DNA of 64,000 nucleotides from a virus: the IMG/VR virus record IMGVR_UViG_3300037493_003396, positions 2,352 to 66,351 of that record; one strand, given 5' to 3'. The position numbers and the translations under genes were made by a program. A model generated the notes under the pieces. The model did not search any database and was not told the origin of the DNA. It saw only the letters and a program-made list of their open reading frames with translations. This document shows positions 58,383 through 64,000 of the stretch, one piece after another (within the stretch, counting starts at the first letter, position 1; each line of letters opens with the position of its first letter).

Positions 58383-59400
58383 TGGAATTTATAAAAATAA
58401 AATCGTTTTAGTAACGGGGTGTTGTGGCTTCAAAGCAAGCTGGGTCTGTTGTTGGCTTGAGAAACTTGGAGCTACTGTTATAGAGTACGGGCATAATCCG
58501 AATACGGACCCCAACCACTATACCTTATTAGGTAGGAAGAGTTTTGGTAATGATGACACATTAGACAAAGAAAGATTGAAAAAGGTATTCTCAGAATGTA
58601 AACCGGATATTATTTTCCATTTCGCCGCAAAAGCTATCGTTGCAAGATCATTTAGAGAGCCACTATTGACCATAGAAAACAATGTCCAGGGTGCGGCAAA
58701 TGTTCTTGAGGTTGCGCGTTTAAGCTCAACTAAAGGGGCTGTTGTGGTTACAAGTGATAAGGTTTATAAAGACGAGAATTGGATATGGGGCTATCGGGAA
58801 AATGACACCCTGGGAGGCTACGACCCCTACTCAACATCAAAGGTCTGTATTGAACACATAATCGAAATGTACCGTCATAGTTTCGGAATGAACATCGCAA
58901 CTGCTCGCGCCGGAAATGTTATCGGTGGGGGAGACTGGTCTGAAAAGAGATTAATCCCTGATATTGTAAAAGCAACTGCAGAAGGGAAAAAAGTAATAAT
59001 CAAGTCGCCTAATGCTACAAGACCGTGGCAGCACATATTGAGTGCGCTTGACGGATATCTGCTTTTAGGGGAACAAATCCTCAAAGGCAATTACGTAAAC
59101 TCAGCGTGGAATTTCGGACCAACCGAAGAAATGAGTGTCATTGAAGTCTTAAAGGTCGCAAAAGAACATTGGAGCGAGATCGAATGGGAGATAACCCCAC
59201 AAGAAACCCATCCCCATATGGTAAACCTTTTAAAAATCGATTCTACCAAAGCCCGAAAGTTTTTAGGCTGGAACCCGCCGTGGAATCTTGAGGAAACCAT
59301 CGCGCGGACAATTAACTGGTACCGGAGTTATTACCAAGAGGGAAGTATTTTAACTCAATCAGATATTTGTGATTATGAACGGAGGGATTATGGGTTATAA
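58375..59400 (+). CDS. rfbG: CDP-glucose 4,6-dehydratase
   Basis: VTGCCGFKASW, TSDKVY, GGYDPYSTSK, ARAGNVIGGGDW, RPWQH. Confidence 0.93.
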   Translation: MYSGIYKNKIVLVTGCCGFKASWVCCWLEKLGATVIEYGHNPNTDPNHYTLLGRKSFGNDDTLDKERLKKVFSECKPDIIFHFAAKAIVARSFREPLLTIENNVQGAANVLEVARLSSTKGAVVVTSDKVYKDENWIWGYRENDTLGGYDPYSTSKVCIEHIIEMYRHSFGMNIATARAGNVIGGGDWSEKRLIPDIVKATAEGKKVIIKSPNATRPWQHILSALDGYLLLGEQILKGNYVNSAWNFGPTEEMSVIEVLKVAKEHWSEIEWEITPQETHPHMVNLLKIDSTKARKFLGWNPPWNLEETIARTINWYRSYYQEGSILTQSDICDYERRDYGL

Positions 59401-60652
59401 CTGTAATTTTTGTAATGAGCCCTTAGTCCATATCATGGCTGATCTCGGATTCCAACCTCCGAGCAATTCGTTATTGACCAATTTGGAAGAGCCGGAAACC
59501 CACTATCCATTAACGGCTTATGTTTGTGAGAAATGTTGGCTTGCCCAAGTGCCGGAAAGTAAGAAAGCAACCGAGATATTCACCGAGGATTATCCTTATT
59601 TCAGTTCCCAAAGTCCGGCAAATGTATCTCACGCCAAAAAATATGTGGATATGATATGCGAGAGGTTTAAATTGGGGGAAAGACAATGGGATGGTATTTT
59701 GGGTGTTCATAAATGTTTTAAAAAGACCAAAGTTTTAGAGATCGGCAGTAATGATGGTTATATGCTCCAATTCTTCAAAGAGAGGGCCTGTGAAGTATTG
59801 GGAATTGATCCAGCGATGGAACCGGCTAAGGTGGCGATTGGTAAGGGAATACCAACAGAGATCACCTTTTTCCAATATTATATGCACTCTTCAAGTCCGA
59901 CATGGGACACAAAATTCGATCTTATCTGTGGAATCAATGTTCTTGCCCATCAACCTGATATAAACGACTTTGTCAAAGGGTTAAAGATGGTTCTTGCACC
60001 GGAGGGGATAATCACTTTTGAATTTCCCCATTTAATGAGAACAATAGAAGGAATGCAGTTTGATCAAATCTATGCGGAACATTTTTCTTATTTCTCATTT
60101 GTAACTGTGCGAGAAATATTTAGAAAACACGGCTTGGAAATATTTGATGTTGACTATCTTCGCGAGCACGGTGGCAGTTTGAGGATATATGCCCAACATG
60201 ATGCCGGAATACAAACAGAAGCCCCAGAGGTCAGGGAGTTAATCGGCTTTGAACGGGATGCCGGAATGTTCACCGCTGAATATTATACTGACTTCAATAA
60301 GAAGGTTCAGATCATAAAAGACGACTTTATGGAATGGCTCTATAACAGCCGGAGCTTGGGTGAAACAACAATCGCTTATGGCGCAGCGGCAAAAGGCAAC
60401 ACATTCCTAAACTATTGCGGAATCAGGTCGGATTTGATACCATGCGTAATTGATAAGTCTCCCCATAAACAAGGGAAATATCTGCCAGGATCTCATATTA
60501 AGATCGTCAGTGAAGAAGAAGGGATGAAGTTAAGACCGGATTATGTTTTAATTCTTCCGTGGAACCTTGAAAAAGAAATATCCGAACAGTTAAAATACAT
60601 ATCGGAATGGGGTGGAAAAACAATTTCAGCGATGACAGGATGGAGGTTTTAA
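59390..60652 (+). CDS. NDP-hexose C-methyltransferase
   Basis: N-terminal CxxC/CxxC zinc domain, EIGSNDG, EHFSYFS, HGGSLR, YGAAAKGNT. Confidence 0.92.
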   Translation: MGYNCNFCNEPLVHIMADLGFQPPSNSLLTNLEEPETHYPLTAYVCEKCWLAQVPESKKATEIFTEDYPYFSSQSPANVSHAKKYVDMICERFKLGERQWDGILGVHKCFKKTKVLEIGSNDGYMLQFFKERACEVLGIDPAMEPAKVAIGKGIPTEITFFQYYMHSSSPTWDTKFDLICGINVLAHQPDINDFVKGLKMVLAPEGIITFEFPHLMRTIEGMQFDQIYAEHFSYFSFVTVREIFRKHGLEIFDVDYLREHGGSLRIYAQHDAGIQTEAPEVRELIGFERDAGMFTAEYYTDFNKKVQIIKDDFMEWLYNSRSLGETTIAYGAAAKGNTFLNYCGIRSDLIPCVIDKSPHKQGKYLPGSHIKIVSEEEGMKLRPDYVLILPWNLEKEISEQLKYISEWGGKTISAMTGWRF

Positions 60653-61062
60653 TGGAAAAGAAAACAAGATTTGAGATCAGTACCGATGAATTGAACGCTC
60701 GGATGGAGAAACAAAAAGAGCAAAGGGATGAGCCTGTGACCAAAGCCGTAAGGATTTTGGAAGCGGCGGTGGATAAGGTATTGACGAAACTGGGAGTAAA
60801 TGTTGATTTGGTTGATTCTATTCCGGCGCAAATGGACGCTCTTGGGATAGTAATGACCGAAAATACCGAAGAATTAACTCCGCAGTTGAACGGGTTTTTC
60901 ATTTATACATCTAAATATTATATAATGACTGAACCTGATCTGATACCTTACGCGTGGGTTGGCGCGGCGAGGATTGGACAGGACGGACGATGCTTTTGTG
61001 ACATTCAATATTTCCAAGACAATAGATTGGAAGAAACAGGCGGTATTAAATTAGTGGGCTGA
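60652..61062 (+). CDS. hypothetical protein
   Basis: GGAGG RBS, ORF track. Confidence 0.7.
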   Translation: MEKKTRFEISTDELNARMEKQKEQRDEPVTKAVRILEAAVDKVLTKLGVNVDLVDSIPAQMDALGIVMTENTEELTPQLNGFFIYTSKYYIMTEPDLIPYAWVGAARIGQDGRCFCDIQYFQDNRLEETGGIKLVG

Positions 61063-61157
61063 CACGCGAGGATTAAACAGCCCACCTTTGGCGCTCTCGT
61101 AATGTATTACAAGTGGTGTTGTGATGGGTTATTGAGAGCGCCTTTAGAAAGGATTTT

Positions 61158-62393
61158 ATGAGTAGAGTTCTTCTCGTAGTTAAATCAAAAACCATTGAAA
61201 CGCTCGGGACAATGTATATCTCCGCAGTTGTTAAGCAGACAGGGAATGATTGTAAAATAGTCACTATAGATGAAGCCCCTGTAATGACAAAAATATGGAA
61301 GCCGGAGATTATTGGTTATTCAATAATGACCGGAGATCAGGAAAAATTTAGGATTCTTAATTGGGCGTTAAAAGGTATCGGTATTATGGGAAGTTTCTCT
61401 TTTTATTCCATCGCTGGAAACTGTCACCCTACCTTTTTCCCCGAAGATTGCGATTGGACAGATGTGATTATAAAAGGGGAAGCTGAGCAACAGTTTGCGG
61501 ATTTACTCCAATCAGGGTTAAAATACCCTGACCTGGATTCTATTCCATATCCTGATAGAACTGATTTCCCCGACATGAAGATAAGGGATTTTATCACTTC
61601 TAGGGGCTGTCCGAATAATTGTACATATTGTTTCAATGAGTTATGGGCGGAAGCGTGTGGACAAAAAACAGTCCGAGTCAGATCGGTAAGAAACGTAATT
61701 AAAGAGGTTGAGCAAGTCAACCCTAAATTTGCCTACTTTCAAGATTCCTGTTTCGGGGTTTCGACTAAATGGCTCAAAGAGTTCTCCGAGAAATACCCTA
61801 AGATTCCTTTCCATTGTCATTTAAGACCCGTCCAAGTAACAAACGAGAGGGCTGCATACCTCCACGATTCGGGTTGTGTGAGTGTCAGGATAGCTCTTGA
61901 AACGGCAAGCGATAGATTAAGAATTCTTATCGGCAGACCAAAGACCTCAAATGAAGAAGCCTATAATGCCTCTAAAATCCTCCGGAAGTGGGGTATTAAG
62001 TTGATGATACAAAATATGCTCGGCTTAATGACTTCGACCATAGAGGACGATTTAAACACTTTAGAGGCCAATATTCGTTGCCGTCCGGATTACGGGTGGT
62101 GTTCTATATTCAGCCCTTACCCTGGCACCAAATTAGGCGATCTCTGCAAGGCTGAGGGTTATTATACAGGGGATTACTCCGAGATTTCTGATTCCTTTTT
62201 TGATACATCGGTGCTTAATTTTGATGAAAAGCACAAAGAGCAGTTGGTTTGCCTGCAAAGGATTTTTGCTTTGTGTGTGGAAGCAAGGTATTTACCAAAG
62301 GTAGAGGAATTGACTTTAGAGAATTTCCCGAAGTTGGTTCATAAAATCTGCCGCAAGGTGGGTGATGATCGATTATATGGGGGTGTAATTTAA
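61158..62393 (+). CDS. B12-binding radical SAM enzyme
   Basis: LGTMYISA, HPTFFPE, GEAE, TSRGCPNNCTYC, PYPGT. Confidence 0.92.
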   Translation: MSRVLLVVKSKTIETLGTMYISAVVKQTGNDCKIVTIDEAPVMTKIWKPEIIGYSIMTGDQEKFRILNWALKGIGIMGSFSFYSIAGNCHPTFFPEDCDWTDVIIKGEAEQQFADLLQSGLKYPDLDSIPYPDRTDFPDMKIRDFITSRGCPNNCTYCFNELWAEACGQKTVRVRSVRNVIKEVEQVNPKFAYFQDSCFGVSTKWLKEFSEKYPKIPFHCHLRPVQVTNERAAYLHDSGCVSVRIALETASDRLRILIGRPKTSNEEAYNASKILRKWGIKLMIQNMLGLMTSTIEDDLNTLEANIRCRPDYGWCSIFSPYPGTKLGDLCKAEGYYTGDYSEISDSFFDTSVLNFDEKHKEQLVCLQRIFALCVEARYLPKVEELTLENFPKLVHKICRKVGDDRLYGGVI

Positions 62394-62462
62394 GGTTTGT
62401 GGCATATTCTTAAATATGGTAAACTTCTCTTACTTTTATAGCTTTTCAAAGAGGAGGTAAAT

Positions 62463-62828
62463 ATGAAAAAACTAATGATTTGTTTGACCACAATAATAAT
62501 ATTGTTATTTACAACAACTTCTTCCCCTTACTCTCAGGTCACGCCTACGGATTTACTGGTTTACCAGATCGGTTGGTATGAAAGCCGAAATAACCACAAT
62601 GTTAAGCCAGGCGACAATGGTAAGTCATTCGGCAGATGGCAATTCCAACAAAGGACATTTGACTGGATGAAAAAGTTATCCGGCAAGCACGGATTAAATA
62701 TAATGTCTGAAAAAGATCAGGAAGAATTGTTAAGGTGGGCGTTGGAAAATAATTTAGGAACCCATTGGACAGGGTATCGGATAGTAATGGGAGGTATTAA
62801 GATGATAAGAAAACCAAAGCCTTGCTAA
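62463..62828 (+). CDS. secreted lysozyme-like/transglycosylase protein
   Basis: Signal-like N-term, YES..N..GD.G.SFGRWQFQ..TF. Confidence 0.65.
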   Translation: MKKLMICLTTIIILLFTTTSSPYSQVTPTDLLVYQIGWYESRNNHNVKPGDNGKSFGRWQFQQRTFDWMKKLSGKHGLNIMSEKDQEELLRWALENNLGTHWTGYRIVMGGIKMIRKPKPC

Positions 62829-62853
62829 TTTCTTTTCTCCTTATTAGTGGGCG

Positions 62854-62883
62854 GAATGGGGGGACGGGCTATCCCCCCATTTC
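62854..62883. terminator. hairpin at convergence of the two transcription directions
   Basis: AATGGGGGA-CGGGCTA-TCCCCCATT. Confidence 0.6.
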
Positions 62884-62889
62884 TTAAGA

Positions 62890-62994
62890 TCACTTTATAA
62901 TCCACGCTACGCCCAGAGATAGAACGAGGATTACAACAAACAACACAATCCCCAATGCCCATGTTTTTACTAATTCGCTAAAACTGTCGATCAT
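62890..62994 (-). CDS. small membrane peptide (34 aa)
   Basis: Hand-translated MIDSFSELVKTWALGIVLFVV..., AGGGGG RBS. Confidence 0.5.
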   Translation of the reverse strand: MIDSFSELVKTWALGIVLFVVILVLSLGVAWIIK

Positions 62995-63004
62995 AAAACC
63001 CCCT

Positions 63005-63319
63005 TTAATGCAATCCGCTATTCAAAGTATCTTTGACTTTTATCAGGTTTTCTACTTCCTGTATTCCCGTGCCGTTTGTAATTCCTAAAACCATCGAAGA
63101 TAGAACAGCGACAATCTGCGGTGTCAGGTGGTGTTCAATATCCATTATCCTGACAACCATATCCGAGAGATCATCCGCAAAAATAAACAGTTGCGCCACA
63201 TCATGGTTTTCTTCTATTTCTTCCAAAGTCTTTAGTCTGCTTAAAGCCCATCTATCCAAGTTATCACGGGCAATTACTTTTACCATTTCAATCTTTTGCT
63301 TATTGATTGCTGTAATCAT
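63005..63319 (-). CDS. hypothetical protein
   Basis: AGGAG RBS. Confidence 0.7.
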   Translation of the reverse strand: MITAINKQKIEMVKVIARDNLDRWALSRLKTLEEIEENHDVAQLFIFADDLSDMVVRIMDIEHHLTPQIVAVLSSMVLGITNGTGIQEVENLIKVKDTLNSGLH

Positions 63320-63337
63320 TTTATCTCCTGTATCATT

Positions 63338-63610
63338 TTATCTCCTGTATTTTCGTTTTGCCGAGGCTCTTGTTGCTAATAACAAATCCAATTCTGCTTG
63401 GACTTCCTCCGCTTCTTTCTTAATTGTTTCGAGTTCGGCTAATTCGTTTCTCGCTTTCCGATCTTCCATTTCTTCTTTCTTGAGAAACTTTACCCAAGCC
63501 AATGCCGCCTCTCCCATTATAGAGCCGAGAGAGCAACCCCTTTTCACGGCTTCTATTTTCAAAAGCCTGAATACCCTGGGCGTAAGATACACCGCTACTT
63601 GACCTCTCAT
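63338..63610 (-). CDS. ribbon-helix-helix-like protein with coiled coil
   Basis: QVAVYLTPRVFRLLKIEAVKRGCSLGSIM. Confidence 0.65.
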   Translation of the reverse strand: MRGQVAVYLTPRVFRLLKIEAVKRGCSLGSIMGEAALAWVKFLKKEEMEDRKARNELAELETIKKEAEEVQAELDLLLATRASAKRKYRR

Positions 63611-63686
63611 TTAGTCACCCCCTTCAGGAATGTGTATTTCTATTTCTTCATTGTTAATTGATATATTCATATTTCAATATACTCCT

Positions 63687-64000
63687 TCATTTAATATCCT
63701 CCAATTCTTCAATGTGTTTAATAATCCATTTGTGGCATTTGATTATTACAGCAGCACTCGCAGCATCACTCGCAGCCCACGCAGCAGCCCACGCAGCATC
63801 ACTCGCAGCATCAGCAGCCCTCGCAGCATCACTCACAGCCCACGCAGCATCACTCGCAGCAGCACTCGCAGCATCACTCGCAGCCCACGCAGCAGCCCTC
63901 GCAGCCCACGCAGCATCACTCGCAGCAGCACTCGCAGCACTCGCAGCAGCCCACGCAGCATCACTCGGATTTTTCAGATAATTTTTTGCCGCTTCAATAG
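63687..64000 (-). CDS. Ala-rich repeat protein (3' part; AAWAA/ASDAA repeats)
   Basis: Minus frame IEAAKNYLKNPSDAAWAAASAAS...IIKHIEELEDIK-stop. Confidence 0.75.
   Translation of the reverse strand, partial: IEAAKNYLKNPSDAAWAAASAASAAASDAAWAARAAAWAASDAASAAASDAAWAVSDAARAADAASDAAWAAAWAASDAASAAVIIKCHKWIIKHIEELEDIK

Noticed and set aside
63317-63350. 17-bp tandem duplication CATTTTATCTCCTGTAT
   Set aside because: Simple slippage duplicate of an RBS/start junction; no further structure
63658-63981. Plus-strand Ala-rich ORF
   Set aside because: Antisense shadow of the minus-strand AAWAA repeat gene that fits the leftward operon
1-64000. CRISPR array, diversity-generating retroelement, integrase, DNA polymerase, stop-codon reassignment
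   Set aside because: No regularly spaced repeat-spacer array, no reverse transcriptase or TR/VR pair, no recombinase or polymerase motifs seen; genes are full length in the standard code with all three stops used

Overview
The window is most of a tailed dsDNA bacteriophage genome (podovirus-like, N4-gp56-type major capsid protein; no integrase, DNA polymerase or virion RNA polymerase seen). Layout: short leftward early-type genes (1-2.4 kb), a non-coding divergent control region (2.4-3.1 kb), packaging/head genes (3.1-12.7 kb) with a tRNA-Thr, adaptor/tail fibre/lysis genes (12.7-21.3 kb), a 985-aa multi-domain glycosyltransferase, further virion and ejected proteins ending in a 3604-aa polyvalent protein (to 43.6 kb), replication/recombination genes (43.6-52.4 kb), a nucleotide-sugar tailoring cluster (52.4-62.4 kb) and more leftward genes at the right end. 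The best candidate for an undescribed system is a phage-encoded virion O-glycosylation system: a TibC/Aah-like protein O-glycosyltransferase fused to a GT4 domain, a CDP-deoxysugar pathway with C-methyl, amino, formyl, acyl and O-methyl tailoring, and a recurrent G-T-x-G-T motif written into at least six otherwise unrelated virion proteins (candidate sequon). Other notable signals: a DNA methyltransferase flanked by two attC-like sites (inverted integron-type cassette with no integrase), an internally deleted Acb2/Tad1-like gene, four HNH insertions that duplicate or capture host gene ends, and gene-junction direct repeats. All family assignments are by motif recognition only; no searches were run.
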